From Antedon mediterranea (Eukaryota; Animalia; Echinodermata), in NCBI RefSeq assembly GCF_964355755.1, contig NC_092672.1:15624001-15688000 (forward strand): a DNA stretch of 64,000 nucleotides, given 5' to 3'. A program made the position numbers and the translations under genes. Under the pieces are notes generated by a model. The model was not told the DNA's origin and did no database searches. It worked only from the letters and a program-made list of their open reading frames with translations. Position 1 is the first letter of the stretch; every line of letters starts with the position of its first letter. Positions 51,405-62,899 of the stretch are shown one piece after another.

Positions 51405-54290
51405 AATCCTGGAGGGTACTTGGATAACTTTACCAAATTACGTCGCCTGTCCGAGATAAGAAACGTGTCAGGTATCGTCACCATTTACATACTTTTCTTT
51501 TACATTTTTCTAAACATTCGGCCCCTAAAGGACTTCAATTTTATGTCACATCTGGTATTCGATTTGCAGATGATGGCATGCGTTCTCGTTGGAACGCTGT
51601 CCTTTACAAAATGTTTGTCAACTCAATGAGATCCAAATTGGCAATTGCCGCCAAATCCTCACTGAAATTCACTCTAGAACTAAAAAGTTGAAAGGAGAAC
51701 TTCCTGCATCCGAGTTTCAAAACAAACTCAGGATTATCGCCAATGATTGCCGTAAGCAATCAACGGTAATTGGCCCGAAGGGGACATCACAAATTTGGTC
51801 TTCAGACTTAGTCATTTCAACATAAATGACTCTACCTTCGGATGATTTCAGGGCTTAGGAAACCCTGCAGAAGGTTCGTTCGGACTTATAACAAGAATCG
51901 GAGCAACACCTCTCATTCGTTTGTTGAAATTAATTGTCGACTTTCCGAAGGAGAGAAAAAACTTCTTTCCCGAGGACTTAAATTTTGCCCAAAAACAAAG
52001 GCAGGTCGGCATACTATTGGATATGGAGTCTTTCTCCAGAAGATTACGATTACGTGAATATTTTGCTGATTCAGACAGCAGCACCACGCAAAACGAAGGC
52101 AACGTTAGCAAATTTAAACCAAAAAGTTCCTGGAATCCACCTAAAAATCGTTGTCCAGCTTTAGAAACATTTATTCAGGCTATTAAGGAGGATGTACAAA
52201 ACTCTACGTCCTGAGTTCAGATAAACGTGACAATCTCTCAAAGCAAGAGAAATGTTGCGTCAGCGTAACTATAGCATCATTAAACCCGTTGATAAAGGTT
52301 CTGCCACTGTTGCTATGGGCAAATTTTATGAAGAGGAGTCCTTAAGACATCTAAACAATCCTCTTCATTATCGTAAACTTACAACGGATCCCACCCCGGA
52401 AATTGCGGAAAAGGTGGCCAAATCTGTTTCTGTGATGGTAAAAAAACATTTGGCACAGGTTAATCCAGTTCCAGACATTATTTCCTACCTAAAATCCATA
52501 AAACAGGCAATCCTGGTAGACCCATTATTTCGGGCAATGGCACTGCTACAGAAAACATTTCTGAATATGTGGATGATTTACTTAGACCATAATTATGTGA
52601 CTGATCTCCCTTCATACATTCAGGACTCCACGGACTTTATCCGCAAAATTAACCAAATTCAACATTTACCTAATAATTATGTTCTGGCTTTCATCGTTGT
52701 ATAGGCCTACTAATATCCCTCACGAAGAGGAGCCGACGCATGTATTTTAAATTACAAACAAATTCCAGGCAAAACGCCTACTAAAGCTCATTTACGAGAA
52801 CTGGTCATGTTGATTTTAAACAACAACAATTTTATTTTTGAAAATGACCATTACCTTCAAATTCATAGCACAGCGATGGGCACAAAAATGGCGCTATCTT
52901 TTGAAAATTTATTTATGGGACAATTTGAGGCCAATTTTATGTCCATCCAACCTAATAAACCACTTTTTTGGTTTAGATACATTGACGATATCTTCATGAT
53001 CTGGACCCATGTTGAAGATAATTTGGAATCTTTTCTTCTCATTTTAATTCAGCCCACCCAACCCCTATCAAATTTACAGCTACCAAATCCACTAGTAGCG
53101 TTGATTTTTTGGACACTATAGTGACCATAGAAAATGGTACACTCAAAACTGACCTATTCCGTAAACCCACGGATAAAAATATGTACCTGCTCCATAGCAG
53201 TTGTCATTTCCGACACTGTACTAAAAACATCCCGTACAGTCAAGCATTACGTATCAGACGTATCTGTTCTTCAGAATCGTACCGAAGAACTAACCGGACA
53301 TCTCCGGAATAGAAATTACAAGAAGGAATACATCGAAACTGCTGTAAAGAAAGCAAAAGATATTCCTCGATGTCAAATACAGACGTACAAATCCATCAGC
53401 CAAATTCGACCAGAGTGCCATTGGTCACAACCTATCACCCTAGGTTGCCTTCATTAGAAACATATGCCCATTCTACAGTCCACAGAACGTCTCAGGACTG
53501 TTTTCCGGAACTACTCATTATTGCATTTCATAGACCTCCCAACCTTCGTGATATATTAGTCAGATCCAAATTTAAGTATGAAATTAACTCTCATGACAGC
53601 CAAAATTATAATTTGGGCAATCACCTTTGCGGCAAATCTTGCAAAACTTGTTCATTGGTTCATTCTACTGAAAAAATAATGTTTGTTTGTTTATACTGGG
53701 CGACCTCTTCAGTCAAAGACTGGTCTCCCAGAGGGCCCAGTTGGTGATCAGTGGCTCTGATGTATTAATACACCGGGGTAACCCCCTACTTGTCTCAAAA
53801 GATGTACTAGGTTCTTTAAACTGCACACGAGCTAGATGTGTACACTGGACCTACAGTTTATAGTCCTTACCCGAGAAGACTCGTTCTACTACCAGAACCA
53901 TGGAGCGAGTGAGCCTCGAACCCCTGCCGATGCTATGGCTACGTAATTACGGTTCCACTGTCTTAACCGCTCAGCCACACTCACTCACTTCCTAAAGTAT
54001 TCAAACTGGCCGCATTTTTCGGATAAGACAATCAATTAATTGTCTAACCAAAAACTTCATTTATCTCATATAGGCCTACTGTAATATTTGTGGAAAACAG
54101 TACGTCGGGGAAACAAAAAACACTCTCCGTATGAGAATGACACAACACAGATCAATATTAACCACCATTTAAGCTGTTTTTTAGTTCCATTCCAAAATTG
54201 TTTATATCTCTATTAAACTACCTTCTTTGTTTTCTACTCTTATTCAGCCTCCACCCACCATATTTTTTCAGTATTTGCCTTTGGATTTAT
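51405..54290 (+). mobile_element. Decayed Penelope-like element (RT + GIY-YIG)
   Basis: LSRGLKFCP, IIKPVDKGSATV, SYIQDSTDFI, SLYTNIPH, TAMGTKMA..NLFMG, WFRYIDDIFMIW, LFRKPTD..NIPYSQALRIRRICS. GIY-YIG: IYLI.C.ICGKQYVGETKNTLR at ~54055-54150. Confidence 0.92.
53680..53990 (-). mobile_element. tRNA-headed Deu/Nin-domain SINE inserted in the Penelope element
   Basis: A box TGGCTGAGCGG and B box GGTTCGAGGC. The body GTCTTCTCGGGTAAGGACTATAAACTGTAGGTCC..TTAAAGAACC..AGTAGGGGGTTAACCCCGGTGT resembles the Deu domain. LINE-like tail and (AAAC)n. Confidence 0.8.
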
Positions 54291-54495
54291 TTAAAACTAA
54301 GATATCTCTATTTAAAACTAAAGATATCTTAGTTTTAAATAAAGATATATTTGTTTTCTATCAAATAAAGATATCTCTGTTTTTAATAGAGATATCTTAG
54401 TGTTAAATAGAGATAGTTAGTCGGTAATATATTATTTAATAAAGATATCTCTATTTAAAACTAAGATAACTCTATTTAAAACTAAGATATCTTAG
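54290..54495. repeat. About 21-bp GATATCTCTATTTAAAACTAA minisatellite, both orientations; also at 51361-51403
   Basis: Repeated unit flanking both ends of the Penelope element. Confidence 0.75.
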
Positions 54496-54709
54496 ATTTT
54501 GTTCCGGTTGAAAGGCCTGATGGGCAGGGTGCTGTATAAGAACGTGATAGTATAGCAGGAAAATAACTAAAAGTATGGAAGGCAAAACGTATTTCAGTTT
54601 CAGTTTTTTTAGGTTGATTACACTTATTACCAGAAGTTTGAAATTATTTTAAGAAGTAAAAATAGCAATAAACACTGCAAATTACTAAAAATGGTTCAAC
54701 AGTTATAAA

Positions 54710-54900
54710 TACAGTTGAACCTCCGCGGCCACCTCCCTTAACTTTCAAAAGCCCGTTTGTTTTTTTAATTAATTTAATTAGCGCATTTGGTACCTCTCGT
54801 AAAGCGGCCACCTCCCGTAAACAGCCGCGGCCATTTTATTTACTAAAAATTAGATTGTTTTTGTATGGTAAATTACCTCTCGTAAGCGGCCACCCGAAAA
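54710..54900 (+). mobile_element. Tc1/pogo-like MITE end
   Basis: TA-CAGTTGAACCTC start with repeated ACCTCTCGTAAGCGGCCACC motifs. Confidence 0.55.
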
Positions 54901-56497
54901 ATTTGTATTGACTTTTGAAAACAAATATTTAGCTTTATTTCGAAGCGGTTTTAAGAACATTTCTGTAAAGAACATTCCTGTAGGCCTATTTTTTAAATTA
55001 TTTTATGTTGCAAACACTCTGGCTCTTCCTTACAAGTTTTGCATAATTCAGAATCTTTAATTATAAATTTATGTAGTAAATTTTTAGTCAAGAACATATT
55101 TAATATTTTGTACTGAAAATATCTCAGTCTTGTGTCTATTGTACTTTTGCATGTTCATTTATATAACACCTCCCAGTCGCCTATGTCCAAATTCGTTTTC
55201 CCATTTGATACAGGTATGCGAAAGAGCACTAATGCGATTAATTATTAAGGTACATGCAAGTTTTGTAATTAATTTTGAATTCAATGCTATAATTACTTCA
55301 TTTTTTTAAACAACAAGATGAAAACAAATTGTCACTTATTCTATTGAGAATTAAGTCATTATCTGATATATTACAATACCAAATCAAATTACACCAGCGG
55401 GGTGTAAAAACTCTCGCCATGCCTTTCCGACGACCCCTGTTGTCTTCATCTAGAAATCGTTTTACCCATGATACTTTCTGTGCGTAGCAAAACGACTCTA
55501 CATGGACCATTTTAAGTCCCCCCTTTTCTATTGTATTTATAATAAGTTTTCTCTTTATTTTATCCGGTTTGCGATTCCTAATGAAAGAGTACAGCATTTT
55601 ATCTAATGTTTTAAAAAATGATAGGTGGATTGGTTATCACAGTAGACAAGAAAGTATAAGCATGGGCACTATCGGACCATTTGTCCATGTAAGTTTTTTT
55701 AGTTTGTTATCCTCTTCTATATGTTTATCCGATCCTATGCACATCACTTGTGTTTTATCTTGAATTATTTTTAATCCAGAAATATTTGCAACATTTTCAA
55801 GAACTTTCATAGTGCCCAAAATAGATTCTTCAGAACCATCGACAATGAACTATATCGCCGGCATATTGCGTTAGTTTAATTTCTTGATTATTAATAATAT
55901 AACACCTTTAATTGTTGGATTGTGACGAATATGAGAAGACAATATTTCGGCACACAATATAAATAAGTATGGTGAGAGATGGCATCGTTGTCGGAAACCT
56001 CTTGATATATTTAAAAAATTGGACGAATAACCATTATTAATCACACAGCTACAAGCGCCGGTATAAAACACATTTATCAATTTTCTAAAATCCCTCCCAA
56101 AATTATAATAACATACAGATATTTCCAATCAATGTTATCAAAGGCTTTTTCAAAATCAAAAGTAAGGATCACACATGGAATTTTTTCGCAATCTGTGTAA
56201 TGTATAATATCCAAAACTATAATCGGATGTTTTCACCAATGTATCTCCCCTCCATAAAGCCGGTTTGATCGCAATCAAATTCAAATTCAAATTCAAATAT
56301 TCTTTATTCATCCTCGACCTCAATCATGAAAATATACAACAACAATATATGAGAACATAAAAAAGATGAAAAGGAAACACATAAAAACTCAAAAGAGTTT
56401 GATTAGTTGTGTCCCCCTATGTCCCTAACTAGCCTAAAAAAACTAAAACATAAATAATAAAAAAAGCTAAATCCTGCAACAAGTATTATTTTTAAAA

Positions 56498-59491
56498 TTA
56501 TTTGTAAAATGATAATAAATGTTCTTTAAACAATGATTTAAATATATATATTGATTTGGTACTTTGTAGTTCGTAATTCAAGTCATTCCACAATTTCGGT
56601 CCCACACATGACACAGTAAAACTAGTAGAAGTACGATTACGTTTTCTGAGTCTCATTTTGTCTTTAGATCTTGTATTATAATTATGGTAAGAACCATTTT
56701 TAATAAAGAGCGATGAAAAACGCACGTCCTAATTAGTAGTAACATTATACATGAAAAGCCCTATTTGGTACTTATTGATATCCGCAATTTTAAGAAGTTT
56801 AAATTTATAGAAACATTCAGTCATTGAATCATTAAACTTTGACCATGTTATAGCTCGTAATGCCCTTTTCTGGAGTTTAAATAACTCATCTAAATAACCT
56901 GGAAATGTGCTACACCATATTATGTTGCAATAATTTAATACTGGTTCAATGAGTGATTTGTATATTGTCCAGAGAGCATAGGTTGGTAAAAAATGTCTTA
57001 CTTTATATAGTATGCCTACATATCGAGATATTTTCCTAGCTGTAACATTGATGTGGTTCTTATATGTGAGAAATTCATCAATATGTACTCCAAGGAATTT
57101 AGTCGATTTAACTCTATCTATTCTTTTATTGTTGACATAAATATTGACATTCTCTAAATTACTTGGATTTCGCTGATTGCGGAAAATTATGTAATTAGTT
57201 TTTTTAACGTTGATTGATAGTTTATTGCACATGAACCAATCCGAAACATTTTTTAGTTCACCATTAACTAGTTCTATGAGCGTATCCAAGTGTTCGTGAG
57301 ATGCAGATATGTTTGTGTCGTCAGCAAATAAAACAAAAGATAACGAGTTTGAGCAATTAAATACATCGTTAATGTACAAAATAAAAAGTAGAGGCCCCAG
57401 AATTGAACCCTGTGGTACACCGCAATTTATATCCATCAAACACGAACTTGTGTTATCAATAGACGTAAATTGTTTCCTTCCATTAATATAGTTTCTAAAC
57501 CATTTAAGGGCCGTGCCTCTTATGCCATAGTGTTCCAATTTTTTAAGAAGTATATCATGGTTGATGGTGTCAAACGCTTTTGACAAATCAATAAATATTC
57601 CGATGGTATTTTTTTTCTTATCAAGCGCATCGGTTATTCGTTCAACCAGATCTATAACGGCCATAAAAGTAGAACTGTTTTTTCTGAAACCATATTGTGC
57701 ATTATTAAGGATGTTAAACTTTGTGATATAATTATTTACTCTAATTTGAACAATTTTTTCAAGAATTTTTGAAGCGGTAGGCAGAATAGAGATCGGCCTA
57801 TAATTACTGACGTCACTTTTATTGCCAGATTTAAAAATTGGAACTACTCTAGCTACTTTCATACTATCAGGGACCATGCCTGTCTCAAGAGAGAGGTTAA
57901 AGATATGTACAAGAGGAGATGCCACAGCAGCAATAATATGTTTTAGAATGCGATTACTTAAGTTATCAACACCTTCTGAATTTGAATTTTTGATTTGACT
58001 AACTATTTCAATGACCTCTTCTTCATTCGTAGGATTGAAAAATATGGATTGGGATTGACTCTCTTTCATATATTGTTTAAAGTCAGAATTGTTTACATTT
58101 GGTATTTTGTTTGCTAATTCATTTCCAATGTTGGAGAAGAAGTCATTAAAAGCCTCAGACATACCTTTTGGATCACATACCAAAGTTTTATTACTATGGT
58201 TAATTACCTCATTTGGCTTAACACTCGATTTTTTTCTATTTAGAACTTCATTTAAAACTTTCCATGTTTGCTTTGAATCGTGTCGAGCTGCATCCAGTTT
58301 TTTGGAATAATATTGTTTTTTCCGAATTCTAATTAAATGAGTTAATTTATTTTTGTACTTTTTATATATATTTTTTAATAATTGTGTTGGGTTTTTAAGG
58401 TATTTTTTATAAAGTTTATTTTTCTTTTTTATTGAAATCAAAATTCCTGTTGTGATCCATGGTTTTTTCTTTGTATTACCATTTGGCTTATTACTTTTTG
58501 TAGGTATGTTATTATCTATGAGATTGGATAGTTTTTTAATAAATAGGTTATATGATGTATTGGTATCTGTGCATAAATATAGTTCACCCCAATCCTCATT
58601 AGAAATAGCAATAAGCAAGTTATTTAATGTTGTATCATTAATTATTTTTTGTTTTGTAATTGGAGCTTGTGTGTTAGTATTTAATGACAAGTGTGTTGTC
58701 ATGAAAATGGGTAGATGATCGGTAATGTCAGTGACTATTACTCCACAATGCGAAATGTTATCATCATTTGTAATAATATTATCTAAAATTGTAGCAGAAG
58801 ACGATCTTATTCTGGTGGGTAAGTTGATTAATGGATTAAAAGATGTTGAGTAAATAATGTTTGTGAATTCCGGTGTTGTTTTTTGAATGTCATATTTTAA
58901 TAAGTCTTGATTAAAATCTCCTAAGATATAGCAGTTTTTGTTTTCGCGATTAAGTTTATGTAAGATTTCTTCCAGATCAGAGTTAAATGAGTTGACGTTT
59001 GAATTTGGTGGTCGATACAACATACCTACAATAGTATTTTTGCCGTTTGTGTTTATTATTTCCAGAAAAAGTGAATCAATGGAGTTATCATTAAATACGA
59101 AATCATCACGTGTTACGGTGTTGATTTGTTCTTTTAAATATAGACAAACTCCACCACCGACTCTACCTTCTCTATTACAAGTGTACATATTGTATCCATT
59201 GATATTTAATAAGTCAATTGGCGTGTTCTTATTTATCCAGGTTTCCGAGAAACCAAGTACATCAAACGCACGACCTATGGTATCTAACATAATGCTAATT
59301 TCGTCGAAGTGTTTTGGAAGACTACGTGCATTCATGTGTAACGTTGTAAAGATACCGTCGTTATCAATTTGCGCCTGTAGCTCATTTAGTTGTGTTGGAG
59401 TGAAATATTTGCATAAACCAGCCTCGTCACTTTCAAAGCAATCTAAGGAATGTGTAGGACTCGATTTATTTTCATATTGAGTCGTGCTCAT
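56498..59491 (-). CDS. CR1 ORF2 (APE endonuclease + reverse transcriptase) with one premature TAG at 56729-56731
   Basis: 920-aa ORF: HMNARSL, FSETWI, LGDFNQD, ITDHLP, NYRPISIL, IDLSKAFDT, GVPQGSILGPLLF, LFADDT. The same frame continues after the stop (YHNYNTR..GPKLWN). Confidence 0.93.
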
Positions 59492-59752
59492 AAAGTAGTA
59501 TTGGAAAAGAACAAAATACTATCAATTCACCAAAGCTGTTAAGCAAAATGGCGTTCAAATAAATGACTAAAAACCGGCAGGTTAGCAATACAATAAAAAA
59601 AAACACACAATTTACAATAAAAGAATCACAATAAAGCACACACACCAAACAGTTAATGCAGTCTATAATGTATACAATAGTTAAAATTCTGGTTTCAGTG
59701 CAAAAACAAGAAATCTCACAATTTCACATTTAATGTACTACCACACGGTAAA

Positions 59753-60503
59753 TTAGGTGGAATGCAGTTTGTTGAGATCGGAAAATTTTGTTACGACAAT
59801 CTTCTTATTATTCTTAGTTAGTACATGTATGCGTCCATCTTGGGTCCAGACTGCGGTCAAGACGGAATTATGCTGGGTTTTGATGGTTAACAATTTCATC
59901 CTTTTCATTGTTAGGTTCTCGTGTATAAAGGTATCGGTACCTTTCAGTTTTCTTTTTGCTTTATAAACTTCATTTCTTTTATTGTATTGAGCGAACTTCA
60001 CAATAACTCCCCGGGGCTTGCCGTTACTTGGTTTCTTGGGGCCTAGTCTGTGACTCCTATCAATGTCATTATGATTCACCGTAAGGTTCATCTTAGAACT
60101 AAATAATTGTGTAACAATATTATCGGTATTCTCACCTACTTTCTCCTCCAGTCCGTGTATCACCAAACAGTTCCTCCTGGAATATTGTTCACTTTCATCC
60201 AGTGATTCCCTAATGTCCTCGATTTCCTGTTTTTGCATAATATGCTCAGCCAGTTTGTCCTTGATCATCGATGTTATTTGTTTCGCTAAGTTATCCAATA
60301 TGTCCGATTTGCCATTAAAAATAAGAGTTTCAATTCAGATTGGATAATGCCAGCGATTTCCTTAGAGTCTATGTCGCAATTGGACTTATCTAACTTATCT
60401 TCAAGGCAAGGGATGCCTTTCCTTCAGCCTCTTTTTGGTTACGACGTGGCCTGGCTGCAGGCGAATCGTCCCTCTGTCTTCCCTTTGGCTTACCACCGCC
60501 CAT
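59753..60503 (-). CDS. CR1 ORF1 (coiled-coil + RRM/CTD, L1-ORF1-like), 5' part disrupted
   Basis: EQYSRRNCLVIHGL..IDRSHRLG..PRGVIVKF..FIHENLT..WTQDGRI. The upstream ATG segment at 60503 (MGGGKPK..) ends in a stop at 60390. Confidence 0.85.
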
Positions 60504-62567
60504 GTTGCGGGCAAATAAAACACTGAAATCGAGTAAACAAAATTCCTCGAGGTAAATGAACAATAGTAAACGTAGGTTGCGACTATGTGTAACAATGCAT
60601 TCAGCTGGTGTGACACGTGAAATGTTTGATTTCCAGGAGCGATTATTCGACACGTCTTACTCGCATCGCTTCTCGATTTGAAAAAATCTATATTATTAAG
60701 GGGAGAACTTTCTTAAGCCTTGTAGCTATAGCCTTTGTAGCAATTTTGTAATCCGTATTTAAAATGGAAATAGGCCTCCAATTTTTTAGCAGTGATAGTT
60801 GCTTATATTTTTTTAGGTAATGATACCTCTATTTTTTTAACAGCTCATTTTTTTTCCTTTTATAAAGACCCAATTAATTGAGTTAACAACAGCAGATTTG
60901 ATTTCTTCTTGCCAAAAAAATGTATAGAAATCCGCAGGTTATTTATTATTTGGCATAGCGTCCAGTGGTTGTCTACATTCTTCACAAGCTAGACTTCTCC
61001 ACTGAGAACAACCTTCTTTTCTTCAGGAAAGAATTCAGTGTCCAAAACGTCCTCGTTAGATCGAGATTTATATAGATCAGCATAAAATAATTTTTCTTAC
61101 TCTAGAATGTCATGTGGTTTTACTATTCTTCTATTGTTTTTATCTATCAGTTCTGTGATGTGTTTTTCTTCTCTGCAAAATCCGTTTCTAGTTTCTCTAT
61201 GTCCTCATTTAGATGGGTCTCTCTTGCGTGGCGTGTTGTTAACTCAATTGGAACTTAATAAAATCCCATTTTGGAAATTAGTAATTTTGCTTCGGTAACA
61301 TATTGCTGGTCTTTCAATAGTGAAACATTAAATTTCCCTATCTTGTTTTGTAGGATTGAAAGAAAAGGTGATTTTAGAGTGGTCAGTTTTATAACCCGGT
61401 TTTATATCAGTATGCTCCACGACATTTAACAGGTGTTTTGAGACAAAATAAAATCTACATTGAATAGGAGGGAGGCAGATCGCCATGTAAACTTCTTTGT
61501 ATTTTTATTTTGATTTCTCCATATATCGGTTAAATTAAATTCATCCATAATATTTCAAATTTCAAGACGAGCTTTTTTATTTGTACTCTTTCTGCCTCCC
61601 TCATTATATTTAAAACACAATTACAATTCTTTTCCAATGATAATAGTTTCGGTTTTAAATTCTTTAATTTGATCTGCCAAATGAATAAAAAAATTAGAGT
61701 CATCCTTATTTGGGGCATATACATTAACCAGCGTATAATTCTTGCTTTCTATTTGTATGTCTATAATAACAAATCTACCATGTTCATCACCCACAATTTT
61801 ATCTACATCAAGATCTTGATTATGTTTAAACAATACGGCAATCCCTGCACTATTTGTTTTACCATGATTAAAAAAGATTTTAGACCCCTACTCTTCCACC
61901 CAGTGATTTTCACAGTTTACATCACTATGCGTTTCTTGTAGAAACATTATATTATGGTCACTTTTCCATTAAACCATGAAAATAGTTCTCTCCTTTTGTT
62001 TTATTGTCTTACCGTACGTTTAAGGAACATATATATAAATATTGGTAATATCAATGATAATATTATTCATTATATATAAGGTTGATAGTGCTTCTCGAGT
62101 TTAATTGCAGAACATAATAAGCATTAGGCCTACAATACCAACATAACATAAAAACAGTTATCGTCGAGATCTGACTCGATAGTCCGGAAAAAGTGATCAT
62201 TGTAGTCCGGGGAAAACAAACCTTGCGTGCAAATCGCACCACCTGGTTTAACAATAAAAAACCAATTGGCTACAATATGCAAAATAACTAGCGAGACTGA
62301 GAATGAAACACAAATATAGATGGTATAATGATTTGGATAAATATTTATTCTGAAAAGTCCCGTGAGCACGGATCACGGCAAAATAGAAAATATACCTATT
62401 GCCCTCGCCCACGGGGCGATGGATAAGTGATTAAGTAAAAGATACTGGGATGCTACAAAAGCCAATGGATGCCACTGAAATGGCATCCAGCAGCCCAGTA
62501 AGTGAGGCGTGGTATCGGGACTTTTCAGAACAAAAAATGTGTTGAGCTATATAATGCGCACAATAAC

Positions 62568-62800
62568 GTGTAGAGCGCGTAATGACACTGGTGGTCTATT
62601 TGGTATAAAATACTTTAGACAATAAAAGCTACGATGCGCCTACAATTAAGTGTAGAGCGCGCAATGACACTGGTGGTGTCTGTTATAAAATAATTCAGAC
62701 AATAACACTATAACTCGCCTACAAATGTAGAGCGCGTAATGGCACTGGTGGTCTATTTGATATAAACTAATTTAGGCCTAGACAATAACAACTATGATGT
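62568..62800. repeat. About 75-82-bp tandem repeat, 3 copies
   Basis: TGTAGAGCGCG(T/C)AATG(A/G)CACTGGTGGT..AGACAATAA, with its TAGAGCGCG core at 62571, 62653 and 62728. Confidence 0.9.
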
Positions 62801-62899
62801 TATTAAGCAATTTAATTAGTATAGGGTAACACAAAATTACGGTTTCTGGTAGCGTTATACGGTAGTACCTTAATTTCAGATTTGTAGTGGGGACGTCAT

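Larger units (their letters stand above)
56275..60682 (-). mobile_element. Near-full-length CR1-group LINE with (TTTGAA)n tail
   Basis: ORF1 plus ORF2, AATAAA and a TTTGAA repeat tail at ~56275-56310. It interrupts the Tx1 RT between KVLPLII and DQTGF. Confidence 0.93.
54990..62000 (-). mobile_element. Decayed L1/Tx1-clade LINE, split by the CR1 insertion
   Basis: EN: FLQETH, DEHGRFVII, LVNVYAPN, SDHS. RT: NWRPISILNTDYK, DQTGFMEGRYIGEN, DFEKAFD, RGFRQRCHLSPYLFILCAE, QYAGD, EKGGLKM. C-terminal Cys motif near 55020. Confidence 0.88.

Noticed and set aside
57309-59966. Plus-strand ORFs of 60-180 aa
   Set aside because: They are antisense shadows of the CR1 ORFs.
60771-60777. TAGGCCT as a footprint
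   Set aside because: It is part of the conserved NWRPIS codons of the Tx1 RT, not an insertion.
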